A stretch of 64,000 nucleotides of DNA from Neoechinorhynchus agilis (taxonomy: Eukaryota > Animalia > Acanthocephala): NCBI GenBank assembly GCA_051530055.1, contig CM121341.1, positions 6,488,784 to 6,552,783 of the forward strand. Direction: 5' to 3'. The position numbers were made by a program, and so were the translations under genes. Of the stretch, positions 9,924 through 21,963 are shown in pieces. The notes under the pieces are model-generated. The model had not been told where the DNA came from. It made no database searches and saw nothing but the letters and a program-made list of their open reading frames with translations. Every line of letters begins with the position of its first letter. Positions within the stretch are counted from its first letter, which is position 1.

Positions 9924-10783
9924 AATCCACAAATGGAAAAAGGTCAATAAATTAAATGACGCTTTACTGTTGAGTTGTGTGCTTAAATCGTTAAATCGCA
10001 TTCCCAAGTTCATCGAATTTCGAAATCGATGAGCATGCAATAATAATTCGATGCCATTTTCATCCGAAACTCCCTTTAAAGTAAAATCATTCCATTCTCG
10101 CCTGGCTCTCCTACTTTTCTCACATTCGATGCAAAGTATCTTTACGGCAATTTATTTCATTTCTATTGCTGGATAAATTCATAGCCGTCAACTATTAGTT
10201 TAAATTAATTTTAGTTGGTATTAGAATTTTGAATAATACTTGGTTCGATTCTACTTCGTGTTCTTAATGTCTTCGACGGAGATCGAAATTGTTAGCATAA
10301 GACATTTTCATGGTAACGAGTGAGCGTATTATATTTTATGAAAGCACTGAGGCTAATTATCGATATTCGCTTATGTTTTTCCCTATTTTATTCTGATTTT
10401 CAACGCTAATGAACATTATGTTTGAATGAAGAAAGATGGACGGTGATTGGCTATTTGTTCGATTAAATGGAGAAATTACTTAAAGTAGGATTTACCAATT
10501 TCAACGATTAAGTACCCGGATATTTTACAACAGAAAAAAGATTGTATATGACGTGGAGATCCAGTCGCTTTAATATCTCGAAAACTTAAGAACGGATTCC
10601 GAGTGAGGTTACCTCAACACGAGTTTCAAGAAAAAAATGTCTTAAAATTTTGCAAGAACGAATATGATGTCAGATAACCTTTACTATGTGAGGTAACTTC
10701 AACACGAGTCCCATGCAAACATTTATAAAAAATTTGGTATAAAACGCGAGACAAGACTCGTAGTCCTTGACTAAAATCGTGCA

Positions 10784-11941
10784 ATGAATCTCCAACTCTT
10801 TGTCTTAAGTTTTCTATTCGGTCTACTAGTTTACGGAGATGAAGGCACGTCAAGCAAATGCATTATCATATATCCGATTGAAGTAAATCTTTCAATTCTG
10901 TGTGGTTTCAGCCATGGCAATGCCACGACACTTATTGAAGCATTAAATTCAAAAGCAAATGAATCAGTAGTCAGTCTTGCAATTGCAGGTGTTGGTATCG
11001 ATGAAATTCCAACCAATCTATCGGACATACTACCAAGCGTAACCACCTTAAAGCTTGGATATCCGCCTTCAATAAAGTTCGGGATATGCACCGGAGAATG
11101 CACAAACAAGTTCTATAACATTGAGAGACTTGAGTTGATAAATATGAATATAAGTGAAATGGAATTCAATAATTCGCTTCCAAATCTCAAATATTTAAAA
11201 ATTGTAGGTGGAGAGATGGCACAACTGGATAAATCATTTGGAATAAAACTTCCTAATCTTAGAAGTCTCTCTATTACTTCTAGTAAACTGTCAAGTCTTG
11301 GAGCAATCAAAAATATTTGTTCACTGTGGTTCTTAAACTTGCGTGAAAATAAGATAACTTCAATTGATATTGACAACACAACTCGTTTCCCATATCTTAT
11401 GGTTCTCGATCTGGACGGAAACGCCATTGAATCTGTTGCAATCGATCACAGCGCCCTACCAGAACTCATAAATCTTAATATTGATTTCCTCGGCGATCTT
11501 AATCAATTAATTACAGGTCTGAACTTACCAGAGCTGACAAGCTTGAGGGTAAGAAAGTCGAATAGTAAGATACTTAATGTTCCTAACCTCGAAAAACTAC
11601 CTAAGCTGAAAGATTTGCATTTTGAGGAAGGCAAATTGGAAAGAGTGCCGATTGGTAACAAACAGACTAAGGAAAATATATCATTTCTTAGCCTTGCAAA
11701 TAACAATATCAGTATTGTAAATGAATCGGATTTTGAAGGATGGACGAATCTACGCCAACTTTATTTAAATCAGAACAACATCAAGAAGTTATCATCGAAT
11801 TCATTCTCGAAGCTGATTAGTTTATGGTTTCTTGATTTAAGAAACAACTCTATTTCGGAATTACACAAAGATGCTTTCCTAGGTCTACCAAGTTCCACAA
11901 CAGTGTTCCTTGACGGAAATCCGATAACTACTATTCAGTAA
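10784..11941 (+). CDS. Secreted LRR protein, paralog 2 (385 aa)
   Basis: Same architecture as paralog 1. An early stop removes the last ~14 residues found in paralogs 1 and 3. Confidence 0.92.
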   Translation: MNLQLFVLSFLFGLLVYGDEGTSSKCIIIYPIEVNLSILCGFSHGNATTLIEALNSKANESVVSLAIAGVGIDEIPTNLSDILPSVTTLKLGYPPSIKFGICTGECTNKFYNIERLELINMNISEMEFNNSLPNLKYLKIVGGEMAQLDKSFGIKLPNLRSLSITSSKLSSLGAIKNICSLWFLNLRENKITSIDIDNTTRFPYLMVLDLDGNAIESVAIDHSALPELINLNIDFLGDLNQLITGLNLPELTSLRVRKSNSKILNVPNLEKLPKLKDLHFEEGKLERVPIGNKQTKENISFLSLANNNISIVNESDFEGWTNLRQLYLNQNNIKKLSSNSFSKLISLWFLDLRNNSISELHKDAFLGLPSSTTVFLDGNPITTIQ

Positions 11942-12849
11942 ACCATTCATGCAGACGTGACGAGTAAAAGCAAACCGGAATAAAATCCACAAATGGAAAA
12001 GATAAATCAATTAAATAACGCCTTACTGTTGAGTTGTGTGCTGAAATCGTTAAATCGCGTTACCAAAGTCATCGAATTTCGAAATCGATGAGCATGCAAA
12101 AACAATACAATGCCATGTTTATTTGAAACTCTTTTTAAAGTGAAATCACTTACTTTATTCTCGTTTTCCTCTCCTAATTTTTTCGCATTCCATGCAAAGT
12201 TTGTTAAATCTTTACAGCCATTCATTTCATTTCTATTGCTGAATAAAATCATAGCATTTTACCATTAGTTTAAATTAATTTTAATTAGTGTTATAATTTT
12301 TGAATTTGGTTCGATTCTACTTCGTGTTCTTAATGTCTTCGACGGAGATCGAAATTGTTAGCATAAGACATTTTCATGGTAACGAGTGAGCGTATTATAT
12401 TTTATGAAAGCACTGAGGCTAATTATCGATATTCGCTTATGTTTTTCCCTATTTTATTCTGATTTTCAACGCTAATGAACATTATGTTTGAATGAAGAAA
12501 GATGGACGGTGATTGGCTATTTGTTCGATTAAATGGAGAAATTACTTAAAGTAGGATTTACCAATTTCAACGATTAAGTACCCGGATATTTTACAACAGA
12601 AAAAAGATTGTATGTGACGTGGAGATCCAGTCGCTTTAATATCTCGAAAACTTAAGAACGGATTCGGAGTGAGGTTACCTCAACACGAGTTTCAAGAAAA
12701 AAATGTCTTAAAATTTTGCAAGAACGAATATGATGTCAGATAACCTTTACTATGTGAGGTAACTTCAACACGAGTCCCATGCAAACATTTATAAAAAATT
12801 TGGTATAAAACGCGAGACAAGACTCGTAGTCCTTGACTAAAATCGTGCA

Positions 12850-14049
12850 ATGAATCTCCAACTCTTTGTCTTAAGTTTTCTATTTGGCCTACTGGTTTAC
12901 GCAGATGAAGGCACGTCAAACAAATGCACTTCTATATATCCGATTGAGGTGGATTTTTCGATTCAGTGTAGTTCCAGCCATGACAATGCCACTACACTTA
13001 TTGAAGCTTTAAATTCGAAAGCAAATGAATCAGTAGTCAGTCTTTCAATTACAGGTGTTGGTATCGATGAAATTCCAACCAATCTACCTGACCTACTACC
13101 AAGCGTAACCACCTTAAAGCTTGGATATCCACCTTCAAAGGAATATGAGATATGCACCGGAGAATGCACAAACAAGTTCTATAACATTGAGAGACTTGAG
13201 TTGATAAATATGAATATATTTGAAATGGAATTCACTACACCGCATCCAAATCTCAAATATTTAACAATAGTTGGTGGAAAGATCGCACAATTGGATAAAT
13301 CATTTGGGACAAAACTTCCTAATCTTAAAAGTCTCTCTATTACTTCTAGTAAACTGTCAAGCCTTGCAGTAATCAAAAAGATATGTTCACTTCGGATCTT
13401 AAACCTGCGTGAAAATAAGATAACTTCACTCGATATTGACAAAGCAACTTGTTTCCAAAACCTCATCGAACTTACTCTGCACGGAAATGCTATTGATTCG
13501 GTCACAATCGATCACGGCGCTCTACTCCAACTCAAATATCTTCTAATGGATTTCCATGGCGATCTGAATCAATTAATCAAAAATTTGAAAATTCCGAGAC
13601 TGAAAATATTGAGTGTAAGAAAAACGAACAGTACGATATTTTATGTTTCGAACCTGGAAAACTTGCCTAAGCTGAAAGGTTTGTATTTTGAGGAAGGCAA
13701 ATTGGAAAGAGTGCCGATTGGTAACAAACAGACTAAGGAAAATATATTGATCCTTAGCCTTGCAAATAACAATATCAATATTGTAAACGAATCGGATTTT
13801 GAAGGATGGACGAATCTTCATCTACTTTATTTAGATCGAAACAACATCAAGAAGTTATCATCGAATTCATTCTCGAAGATGGTCAATTTAAGGGTTCTTG
13901 ATTTAAGAAACAACTCTATTTCGGAATTACACAAAGATGCTTTCCTAGGTCTACCAAGTTCCACAACAGTGTTCCTTGACGGAAATCCGATAACTACTAT
14001 TCCGCCATCTATTCTTGCCAATGTGACGAGTAAAAGCAAACCGGAATAA
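12850..14049 (+). CDS. Secreted LRR protein, paralog 3 (399 aa); tandem unit with paralog 2, period 2066 bp
   Basis: Same architecture. The upstream ~540 bp is near-identical to that of paralog 2. Confidence 0.92.
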   Translation: MNLQLFVLSFLFGLLVYADEGTSNKCTSIYPIEVDFSIQCSSSHDNATTLIEALNSKANESVVSLSITGVGIDEIPTNLPDLLPSVTTLKLGYPPSKEYEICTGECTNKFYNIERLELINMNIFEMEFTTPHPNLKYLTIVGGKIAQLDKSFGTKLPNLKSLSITSSKLSSLAVIKKICSLRILNLRENKITSLDIDKATCFQNLIELTLHGNAIDSVTIDHGALLQLKYLLMDFHGDLNQLIKNLKIPRLKILSVRKTNSTIFYVSNLENLPKLKGLYFEEGKLERVPIGNKQTKENILILSLANNNINIVNESDFEGWTNLHLLYLDRNNIKKLSSNSFSKMVNLRVLDLRNNSISELHKDAFLGLPSSTTVFLDGNPITTIPPSILANVTSKSKPE

Positions 14050-14254
14050 AATCCACAAATGGAAAAAGGTCAATAAATTAAATAACGCTTTACTGTTGAG
14101 TTGTGTGCTTAAATCGTGAAATCACGTTACCAAAGACATCTAATTTTGAAATCAGTGAGAAGGCGAAAACAATCCAATGCCATGTTTACCCGAAACTCTT
14201 TTTAAAGTGAAATCACTTACTCCATTCTCGTTTTCCTCTCCTAATTTTCTCTTC

Positions 14255-14757
14255 CGACGCGCGTGATGAGATGACCCGAGCTCGATTGTTGGCGGTCTCT
14301 TCGAAGGAATCTGATGCCTGGCTGAACGCCGTTCCTTCTTTCGGAAATGTACTCACAGACGAAACATAAGGATCGGAGTGTCCTTACGACTTCCCGTGGC
14401 GAGAAGGGAAATCCCCTGGGACGCCACTTGTGTGGAGCACCCTTTTCCTGTCCAATCTAAGATATTCCTCGTGATGTGAAGGAGGCGCTGTAATTGCAGC
14501 GGAGGAACGCAAGCAGGGCTTAGTAAGCCGAGCTCTTGAGGGCACGCCACTACGTCCCTTTCGGCGTTGAGACGCTCGGAGTATTCGGTGCTGAGACCAA
14601 GAACTTCACGGCGGATCTTTCAAGGAAGATGAGGATCGCAACACCAAGAGCAGGAATCTTATTCCTGCAAAACATAGTTCTCGCGATCCAGCGCGGCAAA
14701 GCTGCAAGTGTCCTTGCGACGATTCCGAGTGGTGAAGAGATAGATCTGAGAAGCTAG
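14255..14757 (+). mobile_element. CRE-like (restriction-like endonuclease) non-LTR retrotransposon 3' fragment
   Basis: ARLLAVSSKESDAWLNAVP and YVPFGVETLGVFG...LAIQRGKAASVL match the C-terminal motifs of CRE-clade elements. Confidence 0.7.
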
Positions 14758-15049
14758 CAACGACGCTATGCAGAAATAAAATGTACAGATGCAAAAAATA
14801 AAGACGGATTATTTCATCGATCATAACAAAAATTGCAAAGGGAGAATGGAAAAGGTTCCGGCTGTTTAAGTTTTAAGCATTGTTTTAAAGTTAAAACGGA
14901 ATTTCCAACTCAGCACACTTGTTACCCAATGGAATGGGATTTCTCGTAAAAACGTTTATGAATGACTTTACGTTCAAAATGATATAACCCATACTGAGGT
15001 TTGAGGCTTACTCTAACAACAACAAGATTTATTCGTCAAGAGTCCATTT

Positions 15050-17550
15050 TTAAATAATTGAGCTACTTATCAATCCTGTGAGCATGAGATTACTAGATCA
15101 GCGAGCCAAGTTGATCCATTTAAAGCTCCTTTTTGCCCAGTTAGAGGAGTGTGCCCAAGGGTAAGAGAGGTTATTAAAGTTCGATAAGAAAAGGCGTTGA
15201 AAGGTTAGTCGCTGTTCGGATGGTCGACCACGTGAGAAAAAAACTAGGCCAGCGATTGCCCAGGAATTCCATACAACCCGAGTGGACTTATCGTTCAGAC
15301 CGAGACGATTGGCTCGTTTTGCCTTCGCGCCAGCGATCTTTAGCAGGCGTTTAAGCTTTAAGAGGTCGCGGGTGGGTGAGCAATATTGGGTGAAGGTATA
15401 TCGTAAAATGTTGATTGATAATCGGGCGGGCTCGCCTCCTGATTGAAAAATTCATAAAATGCGTTCCTCAGCGCAATTTTACCGATTCTAGACCTAGATT
15501 TTATTAATAACTGGGATTTGAGTGGATTCAGCTAGAGGTCCATGTGAGGTAGAACGTTTGATAGAAAGGATAGGAGAGAAACCATTTTCTTTTTCGCCCT
15601 CAAATAGTTGCATTCTTTAATGACTGCGATAATATCATCAGCGTAGAGGGTAATAGCTTTGCAAACATTACAATTTTGAACAATATATTTTGTTGCCAAG
15701 CAAAAAAGAATTGGAGACAGTGGTGAGCCTTGAGGCACGCCCTTGGTCTGATACAATGTTCTTCGAAAAGGGTCGTCTTGGAAAAAGAAGGACTTTGAAA
15801 CGAGTGTGTTATTGACCCGGGCGATTATGTTGTGCGGATAGTTAAAAAATTTCATTGTCTTAATTATAAAATCGATATCGATGTTATCAAATGCCTTTGA
15901 AATGTCCAAAGAAATTTAGACATTTGTTCGGGTGCCTGTAGAAATTATCCATTATTTCTCGGATTGCGGTATGTACAGATTTGTTGGGTAAGAAACCATG
16001 GCAGCGCGGATCAATGTAATTGTGTTTCAATGCAAATTGCAAAATAGAACGAGCTAATGCTCTCTCGTAGATGGAGACCAGAGAGTTTTGGATTGCAATT
16101 GGTCTAACGTCGTTCGATGGTCTAACTTTACGGCGCTTGTTTTTGACCAGAAAAATCCGCTTGGCTGTGTTAATCGATACCCATTCACGTGGGGGCGCAC
16201 GAATTATAGCTTTTGCCAAAAGACCAATGTTGATACTGGATAAAACATCGATGGCCTTGAAGGAAGCAGAGGGGTCGTTAGATGAGACCTTATTCTTGGA
16301 ACCCCAGTGCGTGTAGAAACAACCTTTTTACGGGAGCCTGAGCAACTGCTGACGGAATCACTCGACTGAGGCTATTAGAAATAGAGGTAGTAAAAGCCTC
16401 AAGAAGCCTCTCCAATCGTTTTTCTATATGCTGTATCGCGGTAGCGATTCTCAAGTCCACCATTCTCAAAATGTTTGTTGAAAAGTCGCTCAGGATCTTG
16501 TCTATATCTTTCCCCTCGTTACAGCTTGAGACGGCCTCCAAGTGAATGCGAGAATGGGGTTGGTCTGTATTCGAATTATTTCTCAAGAAAGATAACCGAG
16601 ACTCCAAGTTCTTTTTTTGTTGGATCAGAGGGGCTTTATTTTGAGCCCAAGCAACATATTGTTAGAAGACAGAGCAATTTTTCGCGAAAGCGCAATGACC
16701 AATTTGTCCACAGTTTTTAATTCCTTTTGAACAATTTGAGCCACAGTGTCGTTCGCCTCAATACCCGCATTTGGTTATCTTAGATGGGCAACGTTGAATC
16801 CAATGACTCCACTGCTGACAACCTGCGCATCGAGGAAAAGTGAAATCGTCCATTTGGCAACAAAAGAGATTTCCATTGACTGAAAAAACATCGCTTGGAT
16901 ATCAGGGAATTTCTCGTTTCTATATCGGCTTTCAGGACTGCCCTCGGAATTGGTTTACCGTTGTTTCGGGACTTCAAAAAAAATTGAATTTTGCATCCGA
17001 ATTTGGATTCAAATAACCTTTTGTCATCCAATTCGATGTCCGGAGAACGACCCGACACAATAAAAGTCGACATGTATGAAGAGTTCTCGAAGACAACACC
17101 CTGCTCGTTGAACGAATCCAAGAAAGTTTGATAGAGACGTCTGTTCGATTCATTTGTAAGGTAAACCTTGAGCTTGCCATCGAAGTATGTGACCTTTAGG
17201 ATACGTTGGATGTCGTCATTGAACGATCGGAGCCATGGAATGAGAAATTTTTTATACAAGGTTTCCCTTGATTGAAATGGATGATATAGAGATGGAATAT
17301 GGCCACCTGTTTATCGGATTCTCCAGGAAATTTGGAGTGACGGATTGTATGCTGTCTGCTTTATCGATGGGAAGAATTTGATTCTTTTGTTCCGGAGACA
17401 AAGGAGTCTTCAGAAAGTTGGGTGGCCGTGCGCCACCCTCCGCCGCAACGTTCGATTACGAAAACGTTGCTAATTGTTGGTTCTTGCGAAAGCATCGATT
17501 TCGACGACTGTGTACTGTCGGCGCAACCGAGCTTAGCTACTTTCGTCACT
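15050..17550 (-). mobile_element. Degenerate non-LTR retrotransposon (ORF1-like region + RT)
   Basis: RT motifs RPIAI, HGFLPNKS, DISKAFD, KGVPQGSPLSPILF and LYADD across frameshifts. Upstream ORF fragments at 16290-17549. Confidence 0.8.
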
Positions 17551-17626
17551 ACGAAACAATAACCTGATCTGGAAGAAACCTAAACGATTTCACTTAAAAG
17601 AATGTCGCTGAGACCCGTGTGGACCG

Positions 17627-18736
17627 ATGGAACATTGCTATAATCGCGGCTGTGGAAAGAAGTTTGATCCGTCTTCCAACGCAGAGGATTCTTGTCGCTA
17701 TCATCCAGGGGAGCCGTTTTTTCATGATGCGTACAAGGGATGGTCTTGCTGTAACCAAAAGTCAGTTGATTTCACTACTTTTCTTGATTTCGAACCGTGT
17801 GCTCGTGGCAAGCATTCTAGCGTCAAACGAGCCGAACCCGAAAAAAAGAAGGTGACTATTGAAAAAATTGAACAAAATAATAAACCAAAGGAAATGCCGC
17901 GACCTTGTGAAAACGATCCAATGCTCGATTTGACCGTTAAATACACTGCAGCGTTTGAGAAATATATAAAACAGTCAAATCAATCAAAGGGTAATTCGAG
18001 CGCAATCGCCGATAACACCAACGACCGATGCATGAATATTGCAAATGCGTGGTTAAACCTTTTTATAGAGCGTAAAAAAAATTAGGTCGTAATCGCCATC
18101 TTAAAATTTTTTTAGTTTAGTCTCTAGTTTTCATTGTCCCTTTCGATGCATTTTATCTTCTTCTTTTTTTGGAGTTTAATCCATTTGCTTTAAGGGTTGC
18201 ATGGCTATCCGATCCACCAGCACTGAATCATCCCCGTGTTCTTTTCATCCGGGCGATGCTATTTTTCACGAAGGAATGAAGTATTGGTCATGCTGCCGAC
18301 GAAAAACCAGCGACTTTCATAATTTTCTTCAACAAGAAGGATGCGAGATTGGCGAGCATAAATGGGCTAGTGAGCAAAATCAGAACTCTTCATTAGTTAA
18401 CAATGAAGCCAAATGTAAGGACGCGATTTCAGTTAGATCCAAGGTCTTGTGGTGGCGCTGACCTCGCGCTTTAAGCACGATTTCTATCAGATGGGTTCGT
18501 TCATTGTGCTTGTAATCTATTGCAGCGATCTCGTAGGAGACCAAATCGTGATCAAATCCAATCAGGTTCATATATCCGTGAAGTTGAATTGCAAGGATGG
18601 TCGATACGATAAACATTTTGTTCTTTATGGCATCATTGATCAGACCAAGTCTTACGCTGAGGCAAGCAGGAACAAACTCGAGATTAAACTTATGAAGTTA
18701 CATCCAACTGGATCGTGGCCTAAGCTAGAAAAATAG
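17627..18736 (+). CDS. CHORDC1: CHORD-containing Hsp90 co-chaperone (CHORD1-CHORD2-CS); proposed join(17627..18040,18195..18443,18476..18736)
   Basis: CYNRGC...[18 protein letters not shown] and [25 protein letters not shown], then a CS domain (HDFYQ...NKLEIKLMK...SWPKLE). The first intron needs a GC donor. Confidence 0.92.
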
Positions 18737-19269
18737 AAATGCGTTTCGCGAAATAAACAAGCTTACACACTTGCACTTTCGAGTGACAAAGCAATGAATC
18801 AATGAAAATCGCTTTTGTCTAAGATAAGACTTGATCAAACTTTTTTCCGATGTTGCACTTGTGACTCTTCAAAACGACACAATTTATTGGATATCCGTGT
18901 TTAAAACAAGGTGTTTTTTTATAAAACGGCCATAAAATCGAAATTTAGAAGTTAACTGACATTGCTTTCGATCTAAAAGCCATAAATAATGAAATCGCTT
19001 TCGTTCTGCTTTTATTCAAACGATAGTAATGGATCGAACAGCGGATATTTCACTCATGAACAACCAGTGAACAGGATGTTTTCCGCTGCGAATCAGAATG
19101 GCACTGAGTTTGTGTTCGTGGTTAGTTTGTCACTTAACGTCGCTAAGATCTAATTTGTCGAAATCGCAGAATTTAACGGACTCATCTCACTATGATAGAT
19201 ATTTTTTCCATACACGGCCGTACGGACACACAGTCCACCGATTTCGGTCTGGGAAACGCTGGTCATCGC

Positions 19270-20490
19270 TCAATGCCCCAAGACCGTCCGCTTAAAAGTT
19301 TGTACATCCCTCTGGGTTCTCCGATACCTCCAGGAGGCTAAACTCATGAGCGAGTTTCCTCCTTTCAGCAGTATTTCGTTCCCTTTGATGTGGGTCATTG
19401 GCGGTAACGGATTCGAGCCCGTTGACCCTAACTGGGATCTGGAGCATTAGTCCCCTTGAGCACCTCAGCACTCTACGGAATGTACAAACTTCGCCACTTT
19501 GGCCTGGATTAGTGTTCAATGCCCCAAGACCGTCCGCTTAAAAGTTTGTACATCCCTCTGGGTTCTCCGATACCTCCATGAGGCTAAACTCATGAGTGAG
19601 TTTCCTCCTTTCAGCAGTATTTCGTTCCCTTTGATGTGGGTCATTGGCGGTAACGGATTCGAGCCCGTTGACCCTAACTGGGATCTGGAGCATTAGTCCC
19701 CTTGAGCACCTCAGCACTCTACGGAATGTACAAACTTCGCCACTTTGGCCTGGATTAGCGTTCAATGCCCCAAGACCGTCCGCTTAAAAGTTTGTACATC
19801 CCTCTGGGTTCTCCGATACCTCCAGGAGGCTAAACTCATGAGCGAGTTTCCTCCTTTCAGCAGTATTTCGTTCCCTTTGATGTGGGTCATTGGCGGTAAC
19901 GGATTCGAACCCGTTGACCCTAACTGGGATCTGGAGCATTAGTCCCCTTGAGCACCTCAGCACTCTACGGAATGTACAAACTTCGCCACTTTGGCCTGGA
20001 TTAGCGTTCAATGCCCCAAGACCGTCCGCTTAAAAGTTTGTACATCCCTCTGGGTTCTCCGATACCTCCAGGAGGCTAAACTCATGAGTGAGTTTCCTCC
20101 TTTCAGCAGTATTTCGTTCCCTTTGATGTGGGTCATTGGCGGTAACGGATTCGAACCCGTTGACCCTAACTGGGATCTGGAGCATTAGTCCCCTTGAGCA
20201 CCTCAGCACTCTACGGAATGTACAAACTTCGCCACTTTGGCCTGGATTAGCGTTCAATGCCCCAAGACCGTCCGCTTAAAAGTTTGTACATCCCTCTGGG
20301 TTCTCCGATACCTCCAGGAGGCTAAACTCATGAGTGAGTTTCCTCCTTTCAGCAGTATTTCGTTCCCTTTGATGTGGGTCATTGGCGGTAACGGATTCGA
20401 ACCCGTTGACCCTAACTGGGATCTGGAGCATTAGTCCCCTTGAGCACCTCAGCACTCTACGGAATGTGCAAACTTCGCCACTTTGGCCTG
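19270..20490 (-). repeat. Tandem array of 5 x 246-bp units, each a putative Pol III-type structured RNA gene or SINE-like unit
   Basis: Exact 246-bp period. Minus strand carries an A-box-like TGGCGAAGTTTG, B-box GGTTCGAATCC (units 3-5; GGCTCGAATCC in units 1-2), a TTTT terminator and complementary 5'/3' ends. Confidence 0.9.
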
Positions 20491-21256
20491 GAAAGCTTTC
20501 CCATTATAGCGGTCTTATTAGTGGCTCAGCGGGTAGTCTTTGGATAGATTTTTTTTCCATACACGGCCAAATGGATACACTGTCCACGGATTTCGCGCGG
20601 GGAAGCGCTGGTCTGCGCTCAATCTTGGGGCAAAATTGGTACCAATAAGAAATCATCATTTAAAATTAGGACGAACTACTTGTCACCGAATATTACTATC
20701 TTTCATTAATTTCTTTCAAAGGTGATTAAATTTTATTCCACAAAGGAATCACATTTCGGGGTATTAGTATTTAATCGTCGAAATTACTAAATCCTACTTT
20801 AATTAGTTTCTCAATTTAATCGAGCAAATAGCCAATCAACGTACATCTTTCCTCTATTGGATTTTTAACGGTCCAAAAAGCAACAAACGTACTCATTCAA
20901 TAATAATGCTCATTAATCTGGAAAATTAGTATAAAACGGGGAAAACATCAGCGAATATCGATATTTGGCCTCACTGCGCTTATAAGATATAACTCACTCT
21001 CGCGTTCCCATTAAAATGTCAAAATCAAAAATTCACAAATAACTTTAAACTTTTTTTTCACCACAGCACGCAATCGTAATTCTTCTAAAAGATCAGATAT
21101 AAAAAATCGATCTGCATTGGTGTTCATTGTAAATTGGGTCTTCGTTCCAATCATTTAAAGGCATCTGAATATTCCAATAAGATTCAACGAGAGTTGTGTC
21201 GCTTTTTGCTTGCTTATTGTAGCAACTCTGTAAATCACAGTAAATGCTTCCATGAG

Positions 21257-21963
21257 CTACGGAATCGCCAAATTTCTATTGTACTGATGGGGCCAATAGG
21301 CGTTTGCGGTTTCGTTCTGAAAATGATTCGTGCCACAAAAGTAATAGTCGTTTGCGTGGTAATATTCAGCCGAAAAATAATGATGCTGTACGTCCGAAAT
21401 CTTCGCAGGATTTCCAATGTGATTGTTCATGTCGCTGCCGCAAACAATTTTCCCCACAGTTTGCTTTCTATCTTTAAAGCGACGGTTTCCAAACCACGAC
21501 TAAAAACGCTTCTGACAAACAATATTTCCGAAATCTCGACAAACCTTCACATTTTTTGTTGGTATTTGTAATTGAAGTGAAATGTCGTTTTGTGTTTCTT
21601 TACTGGGCAATGGATTCGAACGATAAAACTCCTCCAATATCGCTATCTGCTGCTTCGTATATTTCAATCTCGGATTTTTATGTGAGCGGAAGGAGGTAAT
21701 GTTCTTATGCCTAAGGCAAAATTATTAATATTTAATTTAAAACGCAAACCTTTTCAATATTTTGGTTACACAACTGTGAGAAACCCTCGTCGTTTCCGCA
21801 ATCGCGAATTTCGGCAATCCTGCATTTGACAATCTTATTATTTCTCGTTTCAAAAAATCACATAAGAGTTTCCTCTGACATACGGCCGTCCCATTTGATT
21901 CAAGTTCCTTCATTCGAAAATAATAATTCCTTGAAAAGAGATCAAATTCTTACCGTAAAACAT
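21257..21963 (-). pseudogene. Pax-like PAI-homeodomain gene, copy 2 (frameshifted in exon 2)
   Basis: Same exon layout as 7385-8130. Three small indels within ~60 bp of exon 2 give an immediate TGA. These could be consensus errors. Confidence 0.7.

Noticed and set aside
8724-14049. Direct homology to agnathan VLRs or Toll-like receptors
   Set aside because: No Cys-rich LRRCT, stalk, GPI signal, TM or TIR. The similarity is only analogous diversification.
19205-19262. 5S rRNA-like sequence (ACGGCCGTAC...CCGATTTCGGTCTG)
   Set aside because: Two short matches at 5S-like spacing, but no helix II/III pairing or 3' half; the second flank copy is less similar.
19405-19440. tRNA gene or telomerase template (CCCTAAC) in the array unit
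   Set aside because: No acceptor stem or cloverleaf can be formed. CCCTAAC is only 7 nt and lies on the strand opposite the Pol III boxes.
19292-20434. Repeated 65-aa and 75-aa ORFs in the 246-bp array
   Set aside because: They recur only because 246 is divisible by 3; non-ATG or weak starts and no recognisable domain.
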